A DNA stretch of 64,000 nucleotides from Sneathiella sp. (GTDB lineage Bacteria; Pseudomonadota; Alphaproteobacteria; Sneathiellales; Sneathiellaceae): positions 930 to 64,929 of the forward strand of contig JAIOYL010000001.1 in NCBI GenBank assembly GCA_021741195.1, read 5' to 3'. Made by a program: the position numbers and the translations under genes. Below, piece after piece: positions 45,834-55,869 of the stretch. The number at the start of each line of letters is the position of its first letter. The stretch's first letter is position 1. The notes beneath the pieces are model-generated. The model did not search any database and had not been told where the DNA came from. It worked only from the letters and a program-made list of their open reading frames with translations.

Positions 45834-47312
45834 ATGCGTATCCTCATCGCTATGATGAAACATGAAACCAATACGTTCTCGCCGATCGTTGCCGACTGGA
45901 AACGATTTCAGGACTGGAGCGCGTATCTGGGTGAGGATGCACTAAAGGCTTACGAAGGGACGGGGATGCCATTCGGCGCCTATGTTGAGCTCGCCCGTGC
46001 GGCTGGGGCGGAGATTATTACGCCGGTTGCCGCCGAAGCCATGCCCTCCGGACCGGTCACGAAGGACGCCTATAACCGGATGGTAGAGCCGATCCTTGAG
46101 GCCGTTCGCGGCGGTGTCGATGCAGCGATGCTGGATTTGCATGGCGCTATGGTAGCCGAACATACGGATGATGGGGAAGGGACACTGCTCGAAAAAATAC
46201 GCGAAATAGATCCGGACCTCCCAATCGCTGTCACGCTTGATCTGCATTGCAATTTGACCGGCAGGATCATGAATAACTGCACTGCTCTCATCGGCTACAA
46301 GACCTACCCGCATGTCGACATGTATGAGGTTGGTAAGCAGATCGGCCAGGTGCTGCTGGATTCCATGGCGGGCAAAGTCAATCCTGTAATGTCCTGGGGC
46401 AACACGCAGCTTTTGAGCCAGACCCTCCGGCAGGGAACGGATGATGAGCCGATGGCGACCCTGATCCGGATGTGTCAGGAAGCGGAGAAGGAATCTGGTG
46501 TTCTTGCGGCAACGGCGTTTGGTGGCTTTGCCCTTGCGGATATCAGGCAAGCCGGCAATTCGGTGATTGTCGTAACCGATGGCGACAAGGCCAAGGCGGA
46601 TGAAATTCGGGACCGGATTTTGGCGAAAGCCTGGGAGCTCCGGGAAGACTTTGTCTACAAACACACGCCGCTTGCCGATCAGGTCGCCAAGGCCAAGGCC
46701 ATGACTGACGGACCCATTCTGTTGCTTGATCATGCCGATAACTGCGGTTCCGGCGGGACGCAGGACGTCATGACAGTCATTGAGGAGGTCCTGAAGCAGG
46801 GACTCGAGGATGTCGCCGTCGCCGCCGTTTGGGATCCCGCTGCTGTGAAGGAGATGCAGAAGGCGGGAATAGGGTCGACGATTACGCTCAAACTCGGCGG
46901 CAAGACGGATATGCCGTCAATCGGTGAAGTGGGCGAGCCCCTTACCGTGACCGGGAAAGTGAAGACGCTGACCGACGGCGAATGGGTCGTCAGAGGGCCT
47001 ATGTATACGGGTGTGAAGGTCTTTATGGGACAGACGGCTGTTCTTGATACAGGGAATATGGAGATTGTTATTGTCTCAAACCACCATGAACCCTGGGATG
47101 TTGGAGTCTTTACCTCCGTCGGCATACAGCCGGAATATAAACGCTATCTGATCCTGAAAAGCCGTATCCATTACCGCGCGGGATTTGCACCGATCGGCAA
47201 GGCGACGCTGACGCTGGACGGTAAGGGCGTGACAACATCTGATAACAATCTGCTGCGATATGAAAATGTCCGGCGGCCCATATATCCTTTGGACCTGCTC
47301 AACGAGGCGTGA
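45834..47312 (+). CDS. M81 family metallopeptidase (MlrC-like)
   Basis: HETNTFS, LDLHGAM, TLDLHCN, YKTYPHVD, DHADN.GSGG, LKSRIHYRAGF. Confidence 0.92.
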   Translation: MRILIAMMKHETNTFSPIVADWKRFQDWSAYLGEDALKAYEGTGMPFGAYVELARAAGAEIITPVAAEAMPSGPVTKDAYNRMVEPILEAVRGGVDAAMLDLHGAMVAEHTDDGEGTLLEKIREIDPDLPIAVTLDLHCNLTGRIMNNCTALIGYKTYPHVDMYEVGKQIGQVLLDSMAGKVNPVMSWGNTQLLSQTLRQGTDDEPMATLIRMCQEAEKESGVLAATAFGGFALADIRQAGNSVIVVTDGDKAKADEIRDRILAKAWELREDFVYKHTPLADQVAKAKAMTDGPILLLDHADNCGSGGTQDVMTVIEEVLKQGLEDVAVAAVWDPAAVKEMQKAGIGSTITLKLGGKTDMPSIGEVGEPLTVTGKVKTLTDGEWVVRGPMYTGVKVFMGQTAVLDTGNMEIVIVSNHHEPWDVGVFTSVGIQPEYKRYLILKSRIHYRAGFAPIGKATLTLDGKGVTTSDNNLLRYENVRRPIYPLDLLNEA

Positions 47313-47315
47313 GAG

Positions 47316-48629
47316 ATGCGTGAAGATGCTTACGGTAACGCCGTAACAAGCCAGTCCGAACAAACGATCGACGCGATCAATCGTTTTGCTGACAGTTATA
47401 TTGGTTTCGGTACGGATTTCGTGCCGATATTCGCCGCCGCGGACAGCGATCCGGAATGTGCCGTCGCGTCCGCTTGCGCGACATTGCTCGGCCTTTTCAT
47501 GGAAACACCTGACCGGCTCGAGATCGCAGGTAAATATTATGCCCAGGCGAAAGCGGCGATAGGGTCGGGAACGGAACGAGAGCGGCTTTTTACCACGGCT
47601 GTCCTCTTCCTGCACGACAATGAAATTGGCAAGAGTTTAAAAACACTGCGCCGGATTGTCATGGATCACCCGGGGGATCTCTTTGCCGCAAAGCTCGGCC
47701 AGAATTCCTTTTTTAACATTGGTGATGACGAGACTATGCTCTGGATAGCGGATCAGGTGATCGACCGGCACAAGACTTGCGCCTATGCCTATGGAATGCG
47801 CGCGTTTGGCCGGGAACAGACGAGCCAACTCAAGCTTGCAGAGGAAGACGGCCGCCGGGCGACGGAGATGCAGCGAAATGAGGCCTGGGCGCATCATGCG
47901 GTGGCGCATGTGATGCTGACCCAGGGGCGCCATGACGAGGGTATCAAATGGATGCAAGAACTCTCGGATACATGGAAAGACCGAAACAGCTTCATGTTTA
48001 CCCATAACTGGTGGCATCAGGCGCTTTTCTATCTGGAGCAGGAGGATTTCAAAACACCGCTTGAACTCTATGATGAGAAAGTCTGGGGGGTAGACAAATC
48101 CTACAGCCTCGATCAAGTGAATGCGATTTCGCTTCTTTGGCGGCTCGAACAGCTTGGCGTCGATGTTAGGGATCGCTGGGAAGATGTTAGTTCGTATGTC
48201 GCGGCACGTAGTCTCATCAATGACCAGCCTTTCTTTGATATGCATTACGGTTATGCACTGGCCCGTGGAAATCAGGAAGCCGCACTGGAAAGATTGATGG
48301 CAGGCATGGAGCGGATGGCGCGGGAGGCACCCGAAGTAACCCGGAAGGCCTGGGCCGAGGTGGCGCTCCCGGCGACGCGCGGGTTTGTCGCGATTGCCGA
48401 GGGGAACCATAAGGAGGCGGTTCGGCAGTTGTCGGCGGCACGCCCGCGCTATCAGGAAATCGGCGGTAGTCATGCACAGCGTGATCTATTCGAACTCGCC
48501 TGGCTGACCAGCCTCATGGAGGCCGGGGAATATGACACAGCGCTCCCCGTCCTTGAAGCGCGTGTGAATTTCCGTCGGGACGTTCCCACGGATACGCGGT
48601 TGCTGATGCGCGCGCGAGCTCGGAACTGA
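47316..48629 (+). CDS. TTC38-like tetratricopeptide repeat protein
   Basis: WAHHAVAHV, HNWWH.ALF, SLLWRL, GGSHAQRDLF motifs of the TTC38 family. Confidence 0.8.
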   Translation: MREDAYGNAVTSQSEQTIDAINRFADSYIGFGTDFVPIFAAADSDPECAVASACATLLGLFMETPDRLEIAGKYYAQAKAAIGSGTERERLFTTAVLFLHDNEIGKSLKTLRRIVMDHPGDLFAAKLGQNSFFNIGDDETMLWIADQVIDRHKTCAYAYGMRAFGREQTSQLKLAEEDGRRATEMQRNEAWAHHAVAHVMLTQGRHDEGIKWMQELSDTWKDRNSFMFTHNWWHQALFYLEQEDFKTPLELYDEKVWGVDKSYSLDQVNAISLLWRLEQLGVDVRDRWEDVSSYVAARSLINDQPFFDMHYGYALARGNQEAALERLMAGMERMAREAPEVTRKAWAEVALPATRGFVAIAEGNHKEAVRQLSAARPRYQEIGGSHAQRDLFELAWLTSLMEAGEYDTALPVLEARVNFRRDVPTDTRLLMRARARN

Positions 48630-48644
48630 CAAGGGAGGAAAACC

Positions 48645-49151
48645 ATGGCGCGTCCAGAAATAGCTGGAAAAGGAGGAAACAGGCGGATTTTCGCGCTGCT
48701 CGCCGAATACGGTTCCAGCCATCAGAACAAGCGGAACAAGCTCATCCACTGGATCGCGGTTCCGGTTATTTTCTGGACGATTGTCGCGTTGCTGTGGGAG
48801 ATACCTATTCCGGAAGCCTTTTCCGTCGTTCCCTACCTTAACTGGGCGACAGTCGCGTTGCTGCTGACGGTCATCTATTACGCAGTTCTCTCCTGGACCC
48901 TGGCAACCGGTATGGTGCTGTTTACACTGCTCTGCTTCGGCCTGATCAGCATTTATGAGGGCGCGCCCATCCTTGGGCTGCCAATCTGGCAATTTGCCAT
49001 TATCGCTTTTGTGATTGCCTGGATATTCCAGTTTATTGGCCACAAGATCGAGGGCAAAAAGCCCTCGTTCTTTAAAGATGTGCAGTTTCTGCTGATCGGT
49101 CCGGCCTGGTTGATGAGCTTTATTTACCGCAAGCTTGGTATCCCGATCTAG
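48645..49151 (+). CDS. DUF962/Mpo1-like membrane protein
   Basis: SHQN..N..IHWIAVP, QFIGHKIEGKKPSF. Confidence 0.88.
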   Translation: MARPEIAGKGGNRRIFALLAEYGSSHQNKRNKLIHWIAVPVIFWTIVALLWEIPIPEAFSVVPYLNWATVALLLTVIYYAVLSWTLATGMVLFTLLCFGLISIYEGAPILGLPIWQFAIIAFVIAWIFQFIGHKIEGKKPSFFKDVQFLLIGPAWLMSFIYRKLGIPI

Positions 49152-49639
49152 CTTTTTACATGCAGCTTGTAGTCCGGCGTTGTATTGAGAGGGCAGGAAT
49201 AGAGATATTCACCCTCTTTCAACTCGACTTCATAGTCGAGCGTTGTTCCGGTATCAAGGCCGCCGCCGGACACGCTGATCTTGCTGAGTTTATGAATCGG
49301 GTTCGCCCAGTTATAATCCTCCTCCCGTAGCCAGAAGCCGAGGGAATAGGGGACGTTCTTATTGGTGACCCGGAAAATATATTTACCGGGTTTCAGCGTC
49401 AGCGCGTCGGACTCGGCCACTCTCTTATCGCCGGTGGCTGCGTTTATTTTCTCGCAGTCGGCTTGCTCGGTTGACGTAAATCCATGATCCACACCGTTTT
49501 CCGCCTCAATGAACTGGCAGGGTGTTTGTGTCAGGGTAATAACCGTGACATCATCCGCGGCATTGGCGAGTGACGCGAAATTCAAGGCGAAAAGGGCTCC
49601 GCCAATGGCTGCAATATAGGAAAATGCGTTCCGTTTCAT
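49148..49639 (-). CDS. Secreted cupredoxin-like hypothetical protein
   Basis: Signal peptide. LKPGKYIFRVTN, GFWLR and LKEGEYLYSCPLNTTPDY give a cupredoxin-like topology. Confidence 0.6.
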   Translation of the reverse strand: MKRNAFSYIAAIGGALFALNFASLANAADDVTVITLTQTPCQFIEAENGVDHGFTSTEQADCEKINAATGDKRVAESDALTLKPGKYIFRVTNKNVPYSLGFWLREEDYNWANPIHKLSKISVSGGGLDTGTTLDYEVELKEGEYLYSCPLNTTPDYKLHVKS

Positions 49640-49744
49640 TTGTCCTGTCCGTTTCCTGTTTAGGGATCAAAGTCACGGACTATAATCTCGGAGATTGGGT
49701 GTATTTTGCAAATCACGTGGTTTCACCCTTGTGTGAGCGCAAGG

Positions 49745-50125
49745 TCAGTCGTCGTCAACTGTGTCAAATCGTCTGCGGTCAAAGACTTTTAAAACCTGCG
49801 CAAGTGTTTTGCCGCGCTTGAGAATACGACCGTTCTGGCCAAGAACGGAATAGGCTCCCTGCTTGGCGGCGAGCCGCGGCTCTTTATAGATCCGGAACAA
49901 TGGGTGGTCAGCCGTGCGGTGAAAAATAGCAAAGATGCAAGCGTTTTTCGTTTCCCCAATCGCGTAATCACGCCATTCGGATTTGGCGACCATCCGGCCG
50001 TAGACCTGTAGAATTTGGCTGAGTTCCAGCCGGTTGAAAAAAACAGAAGCTTGATGCTGCCCCGATCTTGCGTTTCTCGCAGATCGGGTCAAATGGTGAT
50101 CGTTGAAACTTACAACCTCACTCAT
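49745..50125 (-). CDS. DUF2794 family protein
   Basis: FFNRLELS.IL.VYGRMVA..EWRDYAI, GRILKRG..L..VL.VFD. GGGAGGG RBS before ATG at 50125. Confidence 0.88.
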   Translation of the reverse strand: MSEVVSFNDHHLTRSARNARSGQHQASVFFNRLELSQILQVYGRMVAKSEWRDYAIGETKNACIFAIFHRTADHPLFRIYKEPRLAAKQGAYSVLGQNGRILKRGKTLAQVLKVFDRRRFDTVDDD

Positions 50126-50273
50126 ATTCCCTCCCGTTTGCCGCAGCGATATTATTTTCTGCCAAGCTGATGAATTCGTCAAGTATTGTGAAAGACCTTC
50201 AACCGATATATCTTGTATTTAAGAAGTGAAAAGCCCGGTACAATGGAGCTTCCGGACAAAAAGGAATGATGGC

Positions 50274-50672
50274 ATGGGTGACAAAGTTTCCAAAAGTGAG
50301 GCTGATTGGCGTGCGCAATTGACGCCTGAGCAATATCATGTGGCTCGCGAGAAGGGCACGGAAAGAGCCTTCACAGGGCGTTATCACGATAATAAGGAAA
50401 GCGGCACATACAATTGTATTTGCTGCGGTGAGCCTTTGTTTTCCTCCAAGACGAAATTTGATTCAGGTACGGGCTGGCCAAGCTTCTCTGAACCCATGGA
50501 TCCGGAAAAAGTTGGGGAGGTATCGGACCGCAGCTTTTTCATGCGCCGGACAGAGGTCATCTGCAATAAATGCGATGCGCATCTGGGGCATGTATTTCCC
50601 GATGGCCCAAAACCGACGGGTCTTCGCTATTGCCTGAATTCGGCGGCGCTAGGTTTTAAAAAGGAAGATTGA
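50274..50672 (+). CDS. msrB: Peptide-methionine (R)-S-oxide reductase
   Basis: [43 protein letters not shown]. Confidence 0.97.
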   Translation: MGDKVSKSEADWRAQLTPEQYHVAREKGTERAFTGRYHDNKESGTYNCICCGEPLFSSKTKFDSGTGWPSFSEPMDPEKVGEVSDRSFFMRRTEVICNKCDAHLGHVFPDGPKPTGLRYCLNSAALGFKKED

Positions 50673-50705
50673 AGCCCGAAGCCCGAAGTAATTCAGGAGT
50701 GTAAA

Positions 50706-51191
50706 ATGAAGGGAAAAGAAGAAGCCGCCGCTATCGCCATAAAAGCTGACGAAGTGGCGCCGCGTACCAAGCCGTCAAATTATCCTGAGCCGTTTTTCAG
50801 CCGTATGAACGGGCGGGAAAAGCGTCAGTTAGGGGATGTGTTCGGCCTCAGTAATTTCGGCGTAAATCTGACCAAGTTGTCACCGGGTGCAGAATCAGCG
50901 CTTCTGCACCGCCATAGCAAGCAAGATGAGTTTATTTATATTCTGGAAGGCGAACCTACGCTCGTCACGGAGATGGAAGAAGTGACCCTTACTCCCGGAT
51001 ATTGCGCCGGGTTCCCGGCGGCGGGTGCTGCCCATCAGCTGGTCAACCGGACAAATAAGGAGGTTGTTTATCTCGAAGTCGGAGATCGGTCTCCAGGTGA
51101 TGAGGGGAGCTATCCAAAGGACGATCTGAAGGCCGCGCTGGGTGCCGATGGCAAATGGCAATTCACCCACAAGGATGGCCGGCCCTATTAG
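50706..51191 (+). CDS. Cupin domain protein
   Basis: LGD.FGL.NFGVN, H.HSKQDEFIYIL.G, AHQLVN. Confidence 0.88.
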   Translation: MKGKEEAAAIAIKADEVAPRTKPSNYPEPFFSRMNGREKRQLGDVFGLSNFGVNLTKLSPGAESALLHRHSKQDEFIYILEGEPTLVTEMEEVTLTPGYCAGFPAAGAAHQLVNRTNKEVVYLEVGDRSPGDEGSYPKDDLKAALGADGKWQFTHKDGRPY

Positions 51192-51211
51192 AGTCGCACC
51201 GGAAGTGAACG

Positions 51212-52213
51212 CTAACCCGCAGCAGATACTTTATCCGAGAAATGGCAGGCCGCGAGGTGATCGGGCCCGACCTCTTTGAGCGGAGGCTTTTCGGACCGGC
51301 AAAGGTCCTGCACCATGGGGCATCGGTCCTGAAACGAGCAACCGACCCGCCGTTCCGTCTGTCCGGTGACGTTGCCTTTAAGCTTGATGCGCTCGCGCCG
51401 TTTGCCTGATCCCGGTTTTGGCACGGCATCGAGGAGGATGCGCGTATAGGGATGGGCGGGGTTTGTAAACAGATTCTCGGTCAGGCCTTTCTCGACAATC
51501 TCGCCGAGATACATGACAGCAACTTCATCGCAAAGATATTCGACGACCGCGAGATCATGACTGATAAACATATAAGTCACGCCATATTGCACCTGCAGGT
51601 CCTTTAACAGATTAAGCACCTGGGCCTGGACGGAAACGTCGAGGGCGGACACCGGCTCGTCTGCAACAATAAGTTCAGGATGAGTAATCAATGCCCGGGC
51701 AATGGCGATGCGCTGGCGTTGGCCTCCAGAAAATTCATGGGGGTACTTTGTGACATCCCGCGTCTTCAGGCCAACCGATTCAAGGACTTCAGCGACGCGG
51801 CGGTCACGCTCCGCATTTGATATCGCGCCGAGCGCCGCCAACGGCTCCGCAACGATCCTGCCCACGGTGTGATGGGGATCGAGAGAGCCGTAGGGGTCCT
51901 GAAAAATCATCTGAAAATGCTGGCGGAGCGGCCGGAGCTGGTCAAAGCTGAGGCCAACGACTTCCTGCCCCAATATCTTAACGGAGCCAGAATCAGTCTC
52001 TTCAAGCGCCATGACATTGCGGGCGAGCGTTGATTTACCACAGCCGCTCTCGCCGACGATACCAAAGCTCTTGCCGCGTTGTATTTGGAAGGTGACGCCA
52101 TTAAGCGCGTAAACATGACCGGGCTTGGCAAACAGGCTTTCGCGGGGCAAGCGGTAATGCCGCACCAGATCAGTTACCTCCAATACCGGAACATGGGAGC
52201 TGCAATCCGTCAT
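51212..52213 (-). CDS. Oligopeptide/dipeptide ABC ATPase (DppF/OppF-like)
   Basis: [27 protein letters not shown]-terminal CSFQDRCP...ACH. Confidence 0.9.
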   Translation of the reverse strand: MTDCSSHVPVLEVTDLVRHYRLPRESLFAKPGHVYALNGVTFQIQRGKSFGIVGESGCGKSTLARNVMALEETDSGSVKILGQEVVGLSFDQLRPLRQHFQMIFQDPYGSLDPHHTVGRIVAEPLAALGAISNAERDRRVAEVLESVGLKTRDVTKYPHEFSGGQRQRIAIARALITHPELIVADEPVSALDVSVQAQVLNLLKDLQVQYGVTYMFISHDLAVVEYLCDEVAVMYLGEIVEKGLTENLFTNPAHPYTRILLDAVPKPGSGKRRERIKLKGNVTGQTERRVGCSFQDRCPMVQDLCRSEKPPLKEVGPDHLAACHFSDKVSAAG

Positions 52214-52260
52214 GAAAAGAGCTCCTCTGTCTTTTTTGTACGTGCTTCGGTGAGATGATG

Positions 52261-53205
52261 TCAGGCGGCTGCATGACGCGCATCAATACTCTCGATAGGC
52301 GGCGGTGTATTCCGGCAAATCTCCGTTGCAAGCGGACAGCGATCGGTAAAGGTACAGCCTGCAGGCAGGTTGACGAGATCGGGGACGGTGCCGGGAATGG
52401 TCACAAGGCGTGCCTCACGCGCCCGACCGAGTTTTGGCATCGCGGCGAAAAGTCCTTGTGTATAAGGATGGACAAGCTCGTCAAATATATTGTCCGTTCT
52501 ACCAGTCTCCACGGCCGCGCCGCCATACATGACCATAATGCTGTCCGTATTTTCCGAAACGACGCCTAGATCATGAGAAATCAGGATAAGCCCCATACCC
52601 TCTTCATGAACGAGTGCTTGAATCAATTCCAGAATCTGGTCCTGGATCGTGACGTCGAGGGCTGTCGTCGGCTCGTCGGCGATCAGGATATCCGGCGCGC
52701 AGGAGAGAGCCATTGCGATCATGACCCGCTGGCGTTGTCCGCCGGAAAGCTGGTGCGGGTAGTTTCCGATACGCTCTCTGGGGTTCGGTATGCCGACACG
52801 ATCCAGCAGGCGGACGGCCTCTGCACGCGCCTCCTCTTTTGTCAGGCCCATATGCAGGCGCAAGGGCTCCATGATCTGCCGACCGACCGTATGCACGGGG
52901 TTGAGCGAGGTCATGGGCTCCTGGAATATCATCGCGAGATTATTGCCGCGGATTTTACACATCTCCGCTTCCGATTTTTCAAGTAAATTTTCGCCGTTAA
53001 GCTCGATCTGTCCGGTCGTTTTACCCATCTCTGGCAGCAACCCCATCAAGGCCAGCGCCGTCATTGACTTGCCGCATCCGCTTTCGCCGACGATACCGAG
53101 CGTTTCCCCTTTTTCAAGGGAGAAATTCAAATCACGAACGGCTCGGGCAATGCCCTCGCTTGTCTCCAGGATAACATTCAAATTTTTGACATTGAGCAAC
53201 GTCAT
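52261..53205 (-). CDS. Oligopeptide/dipeptide ABC ATPase (DppD/OppD-like)
   Basis: [46 protein letters not shown]. Confidence 0.9.
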   Translation of the reverse strand: MTLLNVKNLNVILETSEGIARAVRDLNFSLEKGETLGIVGESGCGKSMTALALMGLLPEMGKTTGQIELNGENLLEKSEAEMCKIRGNNLAMIFQEPMTSLNPVHTVGRQIMEPLRLHMGLTKEEARAEAVRLLDRVGIPNPRERIGNYPHQLSGGQRQRVMIAMALSCAPDILIADEPTTALDVTIQDQILELIQALVHEEGMGLILISHDLGVVSENTDSIMVMYGGAAVETGRTDNIFDELVHPYTQGLFAAMPKLGRAREARLVTIPGTVPDLVNLPAGCTFTDRCPLATEICRNTPPPIESIDARHAAA

Positions 53206-54057
53206 CTAGCGTTTCCTCGACAGTCTTGGATCGAGAATATCCCGAAGGCCATCACCGAGCAGATTCAAACCGAAAACCGCTGTCGCAATGGCGAGCCCGG
53301 GATAAATCGCCTGCATCGGGTCCAGAAACATCAGCGTTTGCGCCTCGTTCAGCATCCTGCCCCAGGAGGGCTCTGGCGGCTGGGTGCCAAGGCCGAGATA
53401 GGAGAGGGCTGCTTCAGCCAGAATGGCAATCGCAAAAAGGATAGTCGCCTGCACGATAATTATTGAAAGGATATTTGGCAGGATATGTTCAAAGGTGATG
53501 CGGAAACGCCCCTTGCCGGCGGCGCGTGCAGCCATGACAAATTCCCGCGCCCAGATCGCGTTGGCGGAGCCGCGCGTCAGCCTTGCGAAAACCGGAATAT
53601 TATAAAGGCCTATGGCGAGGATGGAATTAACGCCACCCGGGCCTATAATGGCTGTTAACATGATCGCGGACAGGATGGCGGGAAAGGCAAAGGAGAAATC
53701 GCTGAACCGCATGATCAGCTCTTCCGTCCAGCCGCGGCGTGCAGATGCAAGCAGACCAAGACTGACTCCGATGGAAAGGCCGATCGAAACCGCGACCACG
53801 GCCACGACAATCGAGTTCTGTGTTCCTGTCATCAGCATGGAGACGATATCGCGGCCAAACTGGTCCGTACCTAACCAATGTAGGGAGGAAGGGGGCAGGA
53901 AACGATTGGTGATGATAATGTCGTAGGCCGATCCGGGCGTCCAGAACAGCGACACGAAAGCACAGAGCAGAAGAAATCCTGTCAACAGGCCTCCAACGAC
54001 GAAGCTGCGGCTTCGGCGGCACCGGCTAAGAAAGGAAGTGGACTGGACGTCGCTCAT
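53206..54057 (-). CDS. Peptide ABC permease (DppC-like)
   Basis: HWLGTDQFGRD, EFVMAARAAG, EAALSYLGLG.QPP.PSWG. Confidence 0.9.
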   Translation of the reverse strand: MSDVQSTSFLSRCRRSRSFVVGGLLTGFLLLCAFVSLFWTPGSAYDIIITNRFLPPSSLHWLGTDQFGRDIVSMLMTGTQNSIVVAVVAVSIGLSIGVSLGLLASARRGWTEELIMRFSDFSFAFPAILSAIMLTAIIGPGGVNSILAIGLYNIPVFARLTRGSANAIWAREFVMAARAAGKGRFRITFEHILPNILSIIIVQATILFAIAILAEAALSYLGLGTQPPEPSWGRMLNEAQTLMFLDPMQAIYPGLAIATAVFGLNLLGDGLRDILDPRLSRKR

Positions 54058-55004
54058 ATGTCGTGAGCCTTGAGCCGCGGATCAATCACAGCATAGAGAA
54101 TGTCGACAATGAAATTCACAGTGATCACCATTGTCGCCAGAAGCAGGACGACATTTTCAACAACGATGGTATCGCGGTTATTGATGGCTTTCAGCACCAG
54201 CGAACCCAGACCGGGAATGTGAAAGACATTTTCCACAACCACCGTGCCGGTGAGGAGCGCGGCAAACTGGATGCCGGTAACGGTCAGAACCGGGATCATC
54301 GCATTCCTGAGCACGTGCCGCCATAAAGTCGCGCGCTGGCTGAGACCCTTGGCCCGGGCGGTCCGCACATAGTCCTCGCGAAAGACCTCAAGCACGGAGG
54401 AGCGGGTAATGCGGGCGAGAACAGCGCCCACTACGGTCGCCAAAGCAACGGCGGGTAACAGTAACGCCTTAAGGCATTTGAGAATTCCCTCATCCCATCC
54501 CGGAAAACCACCGGCAGGGAGCCAGCGGAGCTCGATCGCGAAAAGGATGATCACCAAGATCGCGAGCCAGAAATTCGGGATTGAAATGCCAAGCTGGCTG
54601 ATCCCCATCAAGGTAATATCACCGGCCTTGTTATGGTTTGCCGCCGCATAGAGACCAATGACAAGGGCAAGGACAACGCTCAGGAAAATTGACATAAGTG
54701 CCAGTGGCAAAGAGATTAAAACCGCCCCCTCCACCAGTTCCCACACTGGTACCTTATAGGCGTAACTGTTGCCCATTTGACCCTGCATCAACCCGCTGAT
54801 CCAGTCCCAGTAGCGTTCCGGTGCGGGACGATCAAGCCCGAGTTCCTTGGTGAGCGATACCACCGCGCTTTCCGGCGCGTCCACACCCAGGATCACCAGC
54901 GCCGGATCCCCGGGCAGAATCTCCATCACCAGGAAAATGACCATTGACGCGCCAATCAGCGTTACAATCAGGGTCAGGAAACGTTTCGCAAAAAAGACGC
55001 TCAT
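54054..55004 (-). CDS. Peptide ABC permease (DppB-like)
   Basis: LPGDPA, SIPNFWL, DYVRTARAKG, DILYAVIDPR. Confidence 0.9.
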   Translation of the reverse strand: MSVFFAKRFLTLIVTLIGASMVIFLVMEILPGDPALVILGVDAPESAVVSLTKELGLDRPAPERYWDWISGLMQGQMGNSYAYKVPVWELVEGAVLISLPLALMSIFLSVVLALVIGLYAAANHNKAGDITLMGISQLGISIPNFWLAILVIILFAIELRWLPAGGFPGWDEGILKCLKALLLPAVALATVVGAVLARITRSSVLEVFREDYVRTARAKGLSQRATLWRHVLRNAMIPVLTVTGIQFAALLTGTVVVENVFHIPGLGSLVLKAINNRDTIVVENVVLLLATMVITVNFIVDILYAVIDPRLKAHDI

Positions 55005-55242
55005 ATATTTAAGCCGGGCCAGGTAAGGTGAGGCAGGAACTACTTGATATTCTCATTCTTGCGAACAGGTTATCGTCAGAAGGAAGGGGGGTCAATCGCG
55101 GATCAATTTTGAAAGCAAAGAGATGCGTTACTATGCCGCACCGTGGTATTGTGTGTTGCAGTCGGATACTCGCAGGATTAATGATATATGCCTGATCGAA
55201 TTGGCCGTTATGGAACGGCATTAGCAGGTATATTACTCTGAT

Positions 55243-55851
55243 ATGAATAAAATATTCGTCTTCCTAATCGCTTTTTTCCTTCTGGCAAGCGCGCTGGCGA
55301 TTGGGCTTTGGGTGACCGGCGTGTTCCAGGGCGACGGACGCTTGTCGGGCTCTTCTATTGTTGTCGGTGTACCGCAAATTGGGGGCTCCTTTGAACTGGT
55401 CAATCACAAGGGCGAGACTGTAACGGACAAGGATTTTCGTGGAAAGCTGATGCTGGTTTTCTTTGGCTATACCAACTGCCCGGATGTCTGCCCGACAGAA
55501 ATGCAGACGATTTCGCTGACTATGGAGGAACTGGGTGACGATGCGGCGGACGTTGTGCCGATTTTTATCACCGTCGATCCGAAGCGCGATACAGTTGCCG
55601 CAATGGCGGGTTTCGTTGAGGCATTCCACCCGTCCCTCATCGGCCTGACGGGAAGCAAAGCGCAGATTAATGACGTAAAGAAGAAATACAGGGTTTACGG
55701 CGAGAAGGCGGAAGGCGACGACCCGGACTACTATCTGGTGGATCATACGTCCTTCACCTATCTGATGGGTCGGGATGGTTCCTTGATCACCGTTTTTTCA
55801 TATGGAACGCCACCCGAAGAAATGGCCGCAAAAATTCGTGAACAGATATGA
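55243..55851 (+). CDS. SCO1/SenC copper chaperone
   Basis: FFGYTNCPDVCP (CxxxC), ITVDP.RD, Y.VDHT. Confidence 0.95.
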   Translation: MNKIFVFLIAFFLLASALAIGLWVTGVFQGDGRLSGSSIVVGVPQIGGSFELVNHKGETVTDKDFRGKLMLVFFGYTNCPDVCPTEMQTISLTMEELGDDAADVVPIFITVDPKRDTVAAMAGFVEAFHPSLIGLTGSKAQINDVKKKYRVYGEKAEGDDPDYYLVDHTSFTYLMGRDGSLITVFSYGTPPEEMAAKIREQI

Positions 55852-55869
55852 TTGAATAAAGGAAAGAAA

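Noticed and set aside
50671-50688. Short tandem repeat (GAAGCCC)2GAAG, also (TTAC)3 near 17327
   Set aside because: Too short to distinguish from chance or slippage.
54969-54982. CAGGGTCAGGAAAC resembling the CTAG motif
   Set aside because: Inside dppB coding sequence, and lacks CTAG and the ACCC arm.
55045-55062. AATGAGAATATC half Fur-like site upstream of dppB (minus strand)
   Set aside because: Only one half-site, with no dyad symmetry.
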